Made by a program: the position numbers and the translations under genes | Shown: piece by piece, positions 20,554-29,196 of the stretch | Layout: each line of letters starts with the position of its first letter | How positions within the stretch are numbered: position 1 is the first letter of the stretch | Notes under the pieces: generated by a model | The model's input: only the letters and a program-made list of their open reading frames with translations | Databases searched by the model: none | Told to the model about the DNA's origin: nothing | Assembly: GCA_963801355.1 (NCBI GenBank) | Contig: CAWDEM010000008.1 | Coordinates: forward strand, 2,912,001-2,976,000 | DNA from: Ignavibacteriota bacterium | GTDB lineage: Bacteria; Bacteroidota; Ignavibacteria; UBA10030; UBA6906 | Length of the DNA: 64,000 nucleotides | Reading direction: 5' to 3'

Positions 20554-21297
20554 TTACTTGCGGTCGGCCAGCTTGAACCGGAACGGGATGGAGACCCACA
20601 CCGCCACCGGCCCGTTGTTCATGTACGCGGGAGTGAACACCCACTGCTTCGCCGCTTCGATCGAGGGCTCGTTGAAGATTTCGGCGTCGCTTTTGAGGAT
20701 CACGACCTGTTTCGGTCGTCCCTCTTTGTCGACCCAGATCTTCACCCACACCTTGCCTTCGAGGCCCGCGCGCATGGCAAGTTCGGGGTATTTCGGTTCC
20801 ACTTTCTTCACGGGAACCGGTTCTTTCTCCACCGGGACGAAGTCCGCCGGAGGTGCGTCCTCATCGATCCTGATATCCTGCTCGATTTCGACCGCACCGT
20901 CGGTGCCTGCACCTTCGACGATCGGTGCTACTGTCTGGCTCATCTCCGTCTGGGTGGCCATGGTTTGTTCGGCGCTGACCTCAGCGTCAGGCACCGGGAC
21001 GGGAGCACCCACTGTGGGTTTCGCCGAAGGGGCCGAAACCGCGATGGGCGGGGGTGTATTGGCGCTCTGGATCGACGGAGGTGGGCCAAGATCACTGTAC
21101 TTCATGATCCTGACGGTCACCATCGGAGGTTCTTCCTCACTCAAGATGCCGACCAGATAGTACGTGCCGAAAAGGGCGAAATGGATCGCCACGGCGATCG
21201 CAAAGCCTGTCAGCCAGTACTTCTGGTACACCTTCTTGAGTTCGACCGCGCCGTACTGGGCACCTTTATAGGTCGCTGCCGCAGCTACTGCTGGCAT
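20554..21297 (-). CDS. tonB: Energy transducer TonB
   Basis: N-terminal TM with His (VAIHF), Pro-rich linker, YPELAMRAGLEGKV...WVFTPA...IPFRF. Confidence 0.92.
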   Translation of the reverse strand: MPAVAAAATYKGAQYGAVELKKVYQKYWLTGFAIAVAIHFALFGTYYLVGILSEEEPPMVTVRIMKYSDLGPPPSIQSANTPPPIAVSAPSAKPTVGAPVPVPDAEVSAEQTMATQTEMSQTVAPIVEGAGTDGAVEIEQDIRIDEDAPPADFVPVEKEPVPVKKVEPKYPELAMRAGLEGKVWVKIWVDKEGRPKQVVILKSDAEIFNEPSIEAAKQWVFTPAYMNNGPVAVWVSIPFRFKLADRK

Positions 21298-21315
21298 GGT
21301 ATCTACCTCCTTCCG

Positions 21316-21810
21316 TTATTTCACTTTCGCCATCAATGCCTTGTCGGCATCGAGTAGCGGCGCAATACTGAAACGCTGGATCCCAGCCGAATTCAGTTCA
21401 TCGATGGTATTCACCATCATCGCATACTTCCCCCCTCTGTCTACTTTGACAAGCACGGTCAGCTTGGGGTTTGCTTGCGATTTTTCCACCAGAAACTTCT
21501 GCATTCCCGCACGTTCGAGTCTCTTGGGCGACTCAATCCCCGTATTCCAGAACATTTCGCCCTTTTCGTTGATGCGGAGGGTCAACAAATTCGATTCAGC
21601 GATCTCCACCTTCACATCCTTGTCGGGCGGAAGATTGATTTCCATTGTCTGCGGACGCGACATGCTCGTCGTGAACATGAAGAACGTCAACAGGAGAAAA
21701 GCCACATCCACCAGCGGCGTCATGTCAATGCGGATGCCGAGGCGGCGGCCTTTCTTGCGCTTTTTGCCACCTTTCTTTTCGCGTGGCGCAGCTACATCTC
21801 CACCAGCCAT
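21316..21810 (-). CDS. exbD: Biopolymer transporter ExbD
   Basis: IDMTPLVDVAFLLLTFFM. Confidence 0.92.
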   Translation of the reverse strand: MAGGDVAAPREKKGGKKRKKGRRLGIRIDMTPLVDVAFLLLTFFMFTTSMSRPQTMEINLPPDKDVKVEIAESNLLTLRINEKGEMFWNTGIESPKRLERAGMQKFLVEKSQANPKLTVLVKVDRGGKYAMMVNTIDELNSAGIQRFSIAPLLDADKALMAKVK

Positions 21811-21819
21811 GTCCGCCTC

Positions 21820-22374
21820 CTATTCTCGAGTCGGTCCGGCGAGCTCGGTCACCAGACTGAATCGTGTGATTTGTGTCTTCTGCAGGATGTCCATGACATC
21901 CTCGGCAATCCCGAAATCGGCCTCTTTGTCACCCTTGATCACGGTGACCAATTTCGGATTCGCCGTACGGGCCTGAACCAGGTAGTTCGCCAGCTGGCTC
22001 TTGGGAACGGGATAACTCAGCGACAGGTAGTAATTGTCCTTGAACCTCGTTGGTTCGAGCTTCCCCTCGACAAACACATCGACGTTCTTGTATCCCGTGA
22101 AAAGCCGTTGCCTCAGAATTTGCGAGTCCAGACCCATCCAGATATGGGTCGTGTCGTTGCCGATGACCGTGGATTCCTTTGCAATGTTGATCGTAATCAC
22201 GTTCGACTCGGGCAGTTTGAACTCCGAATGGGAGGAGGGAAGCAGAATCGTCACCTCTTCCTGGGGTTTGAACTGCGTCGTCATCATGAAAAACGTCAGC
22301 AGCAGGAATGCCACGTCCACCAGCGGCGTCATATCAATACGGACGCCTGCTCTGTGCGGTTTGAATTTCGGCAT
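21820..22374 (-). CDS. exbD: Biopolymer transporter ExbD (second copy)
   Basis: IDMTPLVDVAFLLLTFFMMTTQFK; IKGDKEA. Confidence 0.92.
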   Translation of the reverse strand: MPKFKPHRAGVRIDMTPLVDVAFLLLTFFMMTTQFKPQEEVTILLPSSHSEFKLPESNVITINIAKESTVIGNDTTHIWMGLDSQILRQRLFTGYKNVDVFVEGKLEPTRFKDNYYLSLSYPVPKSQLANYLVQARTANPKLVTVIKGDKEADFGIAEDVMDILQKTQITRFSLVTELAGPTRE

Positions 22375-22391
22375 AACGTGCGTCTCCGCGC

Positions 22392-23174
22392 TTAGTCGTT
22401 CGTGCGGGTGTTGAGAATCTGCACGACGTTGTAGCTGGCTTCGTCGATCATGTACGTGAAGTTATCCACCTTCGTGACAAAGAAGTTGTATGCCACGATA
22501 CCGATGATCGCCGCGAGGAGCCCGAGTGCGGTGTTGATCAGCGCTTCGGAAATCCCGATCGACAGCTGGATGGCGTCAGGAGCACCGCCTGCTTTTGCCA
22601 GAGCGGTGAATGCACGGATCATACCGATAACCGTGCCGAGCAGACCGAACATGGTGGCGATGGACGCAATGGTGGAAAGTGCAATGAGGTTGCGTTCAAG
22701 AAGCGGGGTCTCAAGACTGGTGGCTTCTTCAATCGCGCGCTGCGTTTCCGCCATCTTCTTCTGGGCGTCAAACGACTTCTCCCCCGCAACGGCCTTGTAG
22801 CGCTCGAGACCGGTGCGGATAATGTTCGCAGCGGACCCGCGCTGGGCATCACATTCCTTGATGGCATCGTCGACCCGCCCGTTCATCAAATGGCTCTGAA
22901 TGCTTTTCAGGAATACGGTGATCGAACGCTTGCCGTTGGCTTTGCGCAACGAGAACGTGCGCTCAAAAACAAGTGTGATGTTCATCAGAGTGAGACCGAT
23001 AAGAATCGGCACAACGACCCCGCCCGTGTACACGGTCCCGAGGAGGTTGTCAGGCACAGTGCGGACTTCGCCGTTCTTGAAGTTCGCCGGGTTGCCCAGC
23101 ACGAACATGTAGATCGCGATGGCCACAAGCGCCGTGACAATGATGACGGTGGTAAGGAAAATTGACTGCTTCAT
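22392..23174 (-). CDS. exbB: MotA/TolQ/ExbB proton channel
   Basis: GLLGTVIGMIRAF, GISEALINTALG; AAGGAG SD before ATG 23174. Confidence 0.93.
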   Translation of the reverse strand: MKQSIFLTTVIIVTALVAIAIYMFVLGNPANFKNGEVRTVPDNLLGTVYTGGVVVPILIGLTLMNITLVFERTFSLRKANGKRSITVFLKSIQSHLMNGRVDDAIKECDAQRGSAANIIRTGLERYKAVAGEKSFDAQKKMAETQRAIEEATSLETPLLERNLIALSTIASIATMFGLLGTVIGMIRAFTALAKAGGAPDAIQLSIGISEALINTALGLLAAIIGIVAYNFFVTKVDNFTYMIDEASYNVVQILNTRTND

Positions 23175-23211
23175 TGCTGCACTCCTTGTGTGGAAGTTGG
23201 TACTTCGTGGA

Positions 23212-23571
23212 CTATGCTTGCTGCTCTGCGCCGAAGGCCTTGACGGCCTCTTCGCGGGTCTCCGCCACGTCGAAGACCAGTGTAAGTTTGGTGATGACAA
23301 AAATGTTGTTGATGTTCTTGTTGATCTCACATAGTTTGACGGACCCCTTGTTCCTGGAGAACGTCGTGTGCGCTGACACCAGCACGCCGATCGCCGTGCT
23401 GTTCAGGTATGTCACCTTGCCCAGATCGATAATGAGCTTCTTGGTGCCCTGTTCAACAAAATCGGCAACCGCGCTGCGGAGTTCATCGGTTTCTTCCCCA
23501 CCCACAAGCGAACCTTTAACTTCGATCACACCGATCTTACCGCTCTGGAGTGTTGTGGTCTTGACGGCCAT
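23212..23571 (-). CDS. STAS-domain anti-sigma factor antagonist (paralog of 2764-3108)
   Basis: IIDLGKVTYLNSTAIGVLV; GGAGG SD. Confidence 0.88.
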   Translation of the reverse strand: MAVKTTTLQSGKIGVIEVKGSLVGGEETDELRSAVADFVEQGTKKLIIDLGKVTYLNSTAIGVLVSAHTTFSRNKGSVKLCEINKNINNIFVITKLTLVFDVAETREEAVKAFGAEQQA

Positions 23572-23627
23572 GGTTCCTCCCAAGGACTTGAGAAAAAGGA
23601 GAGTGAAGTGATTCTGTCAGGAGTGAG

Positions 23628-23642
23628 GCAACAAGAGTGCCA
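23628..23642 (-). promoter_or_regulatory. Sigma-54 (-24/-12) promoter
   Basis: TGGCAC-TCTTG-TTGC with exact consensus spacing. Confidence 0.8.
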
Positions 23643-23741
23643 TCTCTGCTTCAGCCGGACCCGCATCACTAACCCACAATGAACGCGTGGTTTGACCCCG
23701 CCACTTCAACCTCAACTTTGAGTGTCGCTCCGAATACGTAA

Positions 23742-23828
23742 TGCAAAATGCACGACCTCTATCATCATGCCCCCCCATGTGCTGCAGGAGCCCGAAAACA
23801 GGTCATTTGCGGCGTCGTGCAAAATGCA
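23742..23828. promoter_or_regulatory. Two candidate enhancer (UAS) sites for a sigma-54 activator
   Basis: Identical TGCAAAATGCA at 23742-23752 and 23818-23828, 100-190 bp upstream of the -24 box. Confidence 0.65.
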
Positions 23829-23831
23829 ATT

Positions 23832-25145
23832 CTAGAGGCCGTACTTTTTACGCTTGCGCCAGAGCGTCGCAGGATCGATCCCCAGTATCGATGCAGCTTC
23901 ATCAAGATCTTTGGCCATCCGCAATACCCTGATGATGTGCTGCTGCTCAATATCCTCCAGCGACATCGTGCCGTTGGCGGGAGCCATGAGATCCTGGAAC
24001 TCCTCCGGCAGGTGAAACAGCTGAATGGATTGCCCGCGCGCAAGAATCACCGCCCGCTGAATCACGTTTTCCAGTTCCCTGACATTCCCCTTCCATGGAT
24101 ATGCCTGGAGCGCGGACAGTACTCCCGGCGCTATCTCCGCACTGCTGCCGGCCTTCGTCAGAAAGTGTTGTGTAAGGAGAGAAATATCCTCCTGCCGTTC
24201 GCGCAACGGAGGCAGTTTGAGTCTCACCGCATTCAGCCGATAGAACAGATCCTCCCGGAACGAGCCTGCAGCCACCGCTTCTTCAATATCGCGGTTGGTC
24301 GCCGCGATAACGCGGACGTCGACCTTGCTCGTCATCGTTTCGCCCACCCGTTCAAACTCCCGGTTCTGGAGGAACCGCAACAGCTTGACCTGTGTCGGCT
24401 GCGGGATTTCCCCTATCTCATCCAGAAAAATCGTTCCCCCGTCTGCTGCTGCGAACCGCCCCTGCCGGTCCTTGACCGCTCCCGTGAATGCCCCTTTGAC
24501 ATGGCCGAACAACTCGCTTTCCAGCAACGTCGGCGCCAGCGCCGTGCAATTCACGGTGACGAAGGGCTTTGTGCTGCGCGCGCTGTTGTCGTGAATCAGA
24601 TGTGCCAGCAGCTCTTTGCCGGTGCCGCTTTCGCCCTCGATCAGCACGGAGATGCCTGATGCCGCCACCTGTATGGCCAGGTCGATGATGCTGCGCAACT
24701 TCTGGCTTCGCGTCACGAGCATCCCCGTGTCGCGCGTGCGTCGCAGTTCCTCCTTCAGCAGCCGCACTTCCGTCTTCAGCCGGTGGTGATCGTACACTTT
24801 GTCCATGAACCGCTGCAGCTCTGCAAACTCGAACGGCTTCTGCAGGTAGTCGAACGCGCCCAGCTTCATGGCTTCCACGGCGGAGTCAATGCTCCCGTGG
24901 GCGGTCATCAGCACGACAGTCATATCCGGTGCCAGCACCCGTGCTTCGCGCAACAGCTGGATGCCGTCAATGGGCTGCATTTTCAAATCAAACAACCCGA
25001 TGTCAAAGTGTTCCGCCTTCATTCCTTCCACCGCCTGCAGGGGATTCAGAAATGCCGTCACTGCAAAACCGTTTGTCTCGAGTGCGATGCGCACGGTTTT
25101 CTGAATGTTCTGCTCGTCATCCACCAACAGGATTGAGGCTTTCAT
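23832..25145 (-). CDS. Sigma-54-dependent response regulator (NtrC family, AlgB-like C-terminus)
   Basis: REC domain (VDDE, DLKM), GESGTGKE, GAFTGA, FLDEIGE, WKGNVREL, LGIDPATLWRKRKKYGL. Confidence 0.94.
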   Translation of the reverse strand: MKASILLVDDEQNIQKTVRIALETNGFAVTAFLNPLQAVEGMKAEHFDIGLFDLKMQPIDGIQLLREARVLAPDMTVVLMTAHGSIDSAVEAMKLGAFDYLQKPFEFAELQRFMDKVYDHHRLKTEVRLLKEELRRTRDTGMLVTRSQKLRSIIDLAIQVAASGISVLIEGESGTGKELLAHLIHDNSARSTKPFVTVNCTALAPTLLESELFGHVKGAFTGAVKDRQGRFAAADGGTIFLDEIGEIPQPTQVKLLRFLQNREFERVGETMTSKVDVRVIAATNRDIEEAVAAGSFREDLFYRLNAVRLKLPPLRERQEDISLLTQHFLTKAGSSAEIAPGVLSALQAYPWKGNVRELENVIQRAVILARGQSIQLFHLPEEFQDLMAPANGTMSLEDIEQQHIIRVLRMAKDLDEAASILGIDPATLWRKRKKYGL

Positions 25146-27052
25146 GCGATCTCTCCCGGCGCCGCGGTGAGTGCGTGCACCGTGTGCACTGGCACCACGA
25201 AGGCAAAGGTACTTCCCTTACCCGGTTCGCTTTCCGCCCAGATGCGGCCTCCGTACATCTGCACGATCTGCCGTGCAATCGCAAGGCCGAGACCGACGCT
25301 CCCCGGCGTGGCGTCCGGCGTCTGTTTCACCTGCACGAACTTTTCAAAGATCCGTGAAAGATATTCCGCCGGAATCCCCACACCGGTATCCTGCACCTCA
25401 AGCCGGATGCCGCCGTCGTCGCGCCGGCCGCGCACGGTCACCGTTCCGCCGGCCGGTGTATACTTCAGCGCGTTGGTAACCAGATTCGTGATGACCCAGG
25501 AAATTTGCTGTTCATCCGCATGCAGCGGCGGAAGGCCGTCCGGCACATCCGCGACCAGCTGCACATTCTTCTCCTGGAATTGAATCTGCAGCGGACGCAA
25601 TGTCGCATCGACGACCTCCTTGAATTGCAGCTCCTCTTCACGCAGCTGGATGCTCCCGGACTCGATCTTGGCCAGTTGCAGCAGCTCCCGCGCAAGCTTG
25701 GTCAGCCGATGACAGTCTTCCTTTGCAGACGTGACCAGTTCTTTCTGACGTTCCGTCAGCGGCCCCAGGATCTCCTGGTTGAGGATGTCCACGCTCATGC
25801 TGATCGATGTCACCGGCGTCCGGAATTCATGGGAGACCGTGGCAATGAATTCCGATTTCATCCGGTCGAGTTCCTTGAACTGCGTGATGTCCTGTAATAG
25901 CAGGAGAACACCGTACAGCCGTCCTTCGCGGTCGCGCAGCGTCGTCAACTTCGGGCGAAAGTACAGGGTCTTGCCCTGCCGCTCGAATTGCAGGAACCCG
26001 ACCGTCTGCTCCTGGTCGTTCCCCCGGCTGTCGGCCGCACGCGTGATCAACCCCAGTATCCGTGCATCCATGATGACATCCGGCAGCGGCTTCCCGATGG
26101 CCTCCATTTCATCGACGCCGAAGAGGTCTGCAACCGTCTTGTTGATGTGTATCACCCGCATCGCCTCGTCGCTCATAATCAGACCATCGGCGATGCTGTC
26201 GACAATCACCTCCGACTTCTTCTTCTCCGACAGGATCTTGTCGATGTTCATCTCGTCGTACTGCCGGAGCCGCTCGGTCATTTTGTTGAACTCCCGGCTG
26301 AGCTGGCCGATCTCGTCGTCGGAGAGCACGTCAATCTTGAGATCAATTTTTCCCGCTCCGATCTGCTTGACGCGGTCGGTCAGCAATTCCGCGGGTGTGA
26401 TGAACGACCGGATGAGCCAGGCGGTGGCGATAATGCTCAGGATGAGACTGATGATGGAGGCCATCATCGATCCGAAGACCGTCTTGTTTGCCAGCGAATG
26501 CGTTTGCGGAATAGCGTTGGAGAGGCCCGCCTGGTTGATTTCAAAGAGCCTGAAGCACAGGTCACGGAGCTCATCGGAGACCGGGCGGACACGCCGGTAA
26601 TAGTAGTCCGCTGCCCCTTCGAACGCCCCCTGCTTGATCCGGGCGCTCATCGAGTCGCCAAGAAGTGTATACTGGGTGTAGGAAGCCCGTATGGAATCGC
26701 GCAAGCGTTCCTGTCCGGGAAGGTCCACGGAACGGACGGCCTGGTCGTACCAGAAGAAGAACGAATTCCGGTTCTCCGTCCAGTTCTTGAAGAGGTCGCG
26801 GTTCTCCGTGAGGCTGCTGTCCCCCGACGGCATTTCACCCTGACTCGCCACCAGAAGCGCGTTGTCCTGCCGTTCCAGCGACTTCATCATGTTCTCGGCG
26901 GCCAGGACGCTTTGATAGTTCTCGCGGATGATTGTGGTGACGCCGGAGGCGATTCCGTAGAAATTGTAGATCGCCCAGTAGCTGCTGGCCAGATTCAGCG
27001 TCACCAGCACGGCAAACGTCCAGACAATTTTGGCCCGGATGGTCTTGATCAC
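25142..27052 (-). CDS. Membrane sensor histidine kinase (periplasmic helical sensor, HAMP, PAS; KinB-like layout)
   Basis: Two TMs, DEIGQLSREFNKM, SHEFRTP, NLVTNALKYT, DTGVGI, GLGLAI. Confidence 0.93.
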   Translation of the reverse strand: MIKTIRAKIVWTFAVLVTLNLASSYWAIYNFYGIASGVTTIIRENYQSVLAAENMMKSLERQDNALLVASQGEMPSGDSSLTENRDLFKNWTENRNSFFFWYDQAVRSVDLPGQERLRDSIRASYTQYTLLGDSMSARIKQGAFEGAADYYYRRVRPVSDELRDLCFRLFEINQAGLSNAIPQTHSLANKTVFGSMMASIISLILSIIATAWLIRSFITPAELLTDRVKQIGAGKIDLKIDVLSDDEIGQLSREFNKMTERLRQYDEMNIDKILSEKKKSEVIVDSIADGLIMSDEAMRVIHINKTVADLFGVDEMEAIGKPLPDVIMDARILGLITRAADSRGNDQEQTVGFLQFERQGKTLYFRPKLTTLRDREGRLYGVLLLLQDITQFKELDRMKSEFIATVSHEFRTPVTSISMSVDILNQEILGPLTERQKELVTSAKEDCHRLTKLARELLQLAKIESGSIQLREEELQFKEVVDATLRPLQIQFQEKNVQLVADVPDGLPPLHADEQQISWVITNLVTNALKYTPAGGTVTVRGRRDDGGIRLEVQDTGVGIPAEYLSRIFEKFVQVKQTPDATPGSVGLGLAIARQIVQMYGGRIWAESEPGKGSTFAFVVPVHTVHALTAAPGEIA

Positions 27053-27762
27053 AGCAACACCCCCACATAGGGCCCGTGGGCCGTCACGCGGTAGTTCAGC
27101 CGGCCGTCAGCCAGGCTCCAGGTCTGGTGGCGGAACCTGTAGCCCACAACGATGCCGTCCCCGATATGAATGGTGCGCATAACGAGTGACACCTCACCTG
27201 TCACCGCGAGAGAAGAACCGTTGCCGGTGTTTAACCCCTCAAAACTGAAATGGTAGATGCCGGCGGCGCGGGCGGAGAATTCCGTGCCGGCGTCCGTGAA
27301 GCGTACCCCCAGTCCGGTCCCCAGACCGAGGCTTGCCACATTGAAGTGATCGCGTTCGTTGCCGGGGGACTCCGCTTTGGTGTAATCCAGCGAGAGCAAC
27401 ACGGGCATCACCAGCGCGGCGGGGCGGCCGCCGACGAGCGGCGTTTCGGTGCTCAGGGTGGTGCCGAAGAATACGGCGTTCCGCTTCACCCCCTTGAGCG
27501 TGTACCGTGTGTAGCCGAATTGTACATCCAGCATTCCCTGGTGGTACCCGATCATGGGCATCCAGTTGCTGAACGCTATGGCAAGAGAATCACCACCGGT
27601 GTATCCCGCACGGGGCGCAAAGTCGCGCAGCATCGCGCCGGCGGACAGATACCGGGCCTCCCGATCGCTGTATTCCCTCGGTGTTTCGTATTGGGCGAAA
27701 GCACCGGCGGCAACCGCCAGGCACGCTGCCGCAACCATAACCGTCCTGCGCACTCCTCTCAT
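27049..27762 (-). CDS. Hypothetical exported protein, probable outer-membrane beta-barrel
   Basis: AxA signal peptide; alternating G/aromatic strands; C-terminal GYRFRH...HGPYVGVLL. Confidence 0.6.
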   Translation of the reverse strand: MRGVRRTVMVAAACLAVAAGAFAQYETPREYSDREARYLSAGAMLRDFAPRAGYTGGDSLAIAFSNWMPMIGYHQGMLDVQFGYTRYTLKGVKRNAVFFGTTLSTETPLVGGRPAALVMPVLLSLDYTKAESPGNERDHFNVASLGLGTGLGVRFTDAGTEFSARAAGIYHFSFEGLNTGNGSSLAVTGEVSLVMRTIHIGDGIVVGYRFRHQTWSLADGRLNYRVTAHGPYVGVLL

Positions 27763-29084
27763 CGGGTCTCCTGCTGCACAGCACTCTCCGCCGGCAGTTT
27801 CCTCAAACGCAGACTTTTGATCTTGATCCCGTCAACCGCTTCAACAATCCCCTGCCATCCGCCGAGACGCAGCGCTGTGCCGCGCTCGGGTATACGGCCG
27901 AAGGTGTGAGTGAGGTACCCATTGACGGTGACCGCATCGGTGGATGTCGGCACGATCGAGAACTGGCGGGAGAAATCCAGCATCGGCATCGTGCCGTCAA
28001 CAATGAACTCGGTCTCGCTGATTTTTTGCACGTAGACAGGCTCGATGTCGAATTCGTCGCGGATCTCGCCCACCAGTTCCTCCAGAACATTTTCCAGCGT
28101 CACGAGCCCGGCCGTCCCGCCGTATTCGTCGACAGCGATGGCCATCAACACTCTCTTTGCCAGAAAAGAGTTGAGAATACGTTCCAGCGACATGCTCTCG
28201 GGCACGAACGGCATCTCCCGCTTGATGTCCAGCAGGCGGGTCCCGGGTCCGGTCTCCCCCTTCAGCTTGATGAGATCCTTCAGGTGCACCATGCCCACCA
28301 CGTTGTCCAGATTCCGGTCGCACAGCGGGTAACGCGTGAACTGGGTGTCGATAGCCACTGCCAGATTCTGTTCAATCGTCTTGTTCGTGTCGAGCACGGC
28401 CACATTGGTGCGCGGGACCATCACCTGACGGACGGTCCGGTCGCGGAGTTCAATTGCCCGGAGGGAAATGCTCTTGCCGGTGGACGTGATGGCTTTCCCC
28501 TTGCTCAGCATCAGCCGGAGTTCCTCTTCCGTTTGCGCCATTTCGTGCTCGCCGACCGGTGAGACGCCGATGAGGCGGAGAAACGTGTTTGCGCTCTTGT
28601 TCAGAAACCAGATGAAGGGCCGGAACAACCGAAAAAACAGATCCAGTGGCCGGGCTATTGCGAGGGTTGTGGACCGGGCATATTGAATCGCCAGCCACTT
28701 CGGGGATTGCTCCCCAAGCACGATATGGAGATATGTGATAACCGTGAATCCCAGGGCAAACGCAACCGTATGGACGACTGCGGACTCCGCGATCCCCAGG
28801 AACCCGAAGAGGGGCATCAATATTCCGGCCACAAACGGTTCGCCGATCCAGCCCAGCCCGAGGCTCGTCATGGTGACTCCCAGCTGGCAAGCGGAGAGGT
28901 AGGAGTCAAGATGGCCAATAATGTGTTGCGACAGCTGTGCACGCCGCGAGCCTATTTTAGCCAGAGGTTCAATTTGTGTCGATCTCACCTTGACGATCGC
29001 GAACTCAGCGGCAACAAAGAAGCCGTTGAGAACCACGAGAGCCAGGATACCGAACGCCGTTACGAAAACCTCTGTAAAGCTCAT
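27759..29084 (-). CDS. Hemolysin/CNNM family transporter (DUF21-CBS-CorC)
   Basis: NGFFVAAEFA, CQLGVT..SLGLGWIGEP, VMVPR, VDEYGGTAGLVTLENVLEELVGEIRDE; GGAGGA SD before ATG 29084. Confidence 0.93.
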   Translation of the reverse strand: MSFTEVFVTAFGILALVVLNGFFVAAEFAIVKVRSTQIEPLAKIGSRRAQLSQHIIGHLDSYLSACQLGVTMTSLGLGWIGEPFVAGILMPLFGFLGIAESAVVHTVAFALGFTVITYLHIVLGEQSPKWLAIQYARSTTLAIARPLDLFFRLFRPFIWFLNKSANTFLRLIGVSPVGEHEMAQTEEELRLMLSKGKAITSTGKSISLRAIELRDRTVRQVMVPRTNVAVLDTNKTIEQNLAVAIDTQFTRYPLCDRNLDNVVGMVHLKDLIKLKGETGPGTRLLDIKREMPFVPESMSLERILNSFLAKRVLMAIAVDEYGGTAGLVTLENVLEELVGEIRDEFDIEPVYVQKISETEFIVDGTMPMLDFSRQFSIVPTSTDAVTVNGYLTHTFGRIPERGTALRLGGWQGIVEAVDGIKIKSLRLRKLPAESAVQQETR

Positions 29085-29164
29085 TCTCCTCCGGAAGGCC
29101 GTGGGACTGAGAATCGAATCGCCGACAAAAGTTACACGAAATGCGGGGGGAAAGCAAGGTAACC

Positions 29165-29196
29165 AATTGTGGATAGTGGATCCACAATTCACAATT
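29165..29196. repeat. Hairpin built from 7-nt-period units at the amylase 3' end
   Basis: AATTGTGGAT-AGTGG-ATCCACAATT perfect 10-bp stem plus an extra CACAATT unit. Confidence 0.6.

Noticed and set aside
29168-29186. DnaA-box-like TGTGGATAG / GGATCCACA
   Set aside because: Only two mismatched boxes, explained by the hairpin; no oriC context.
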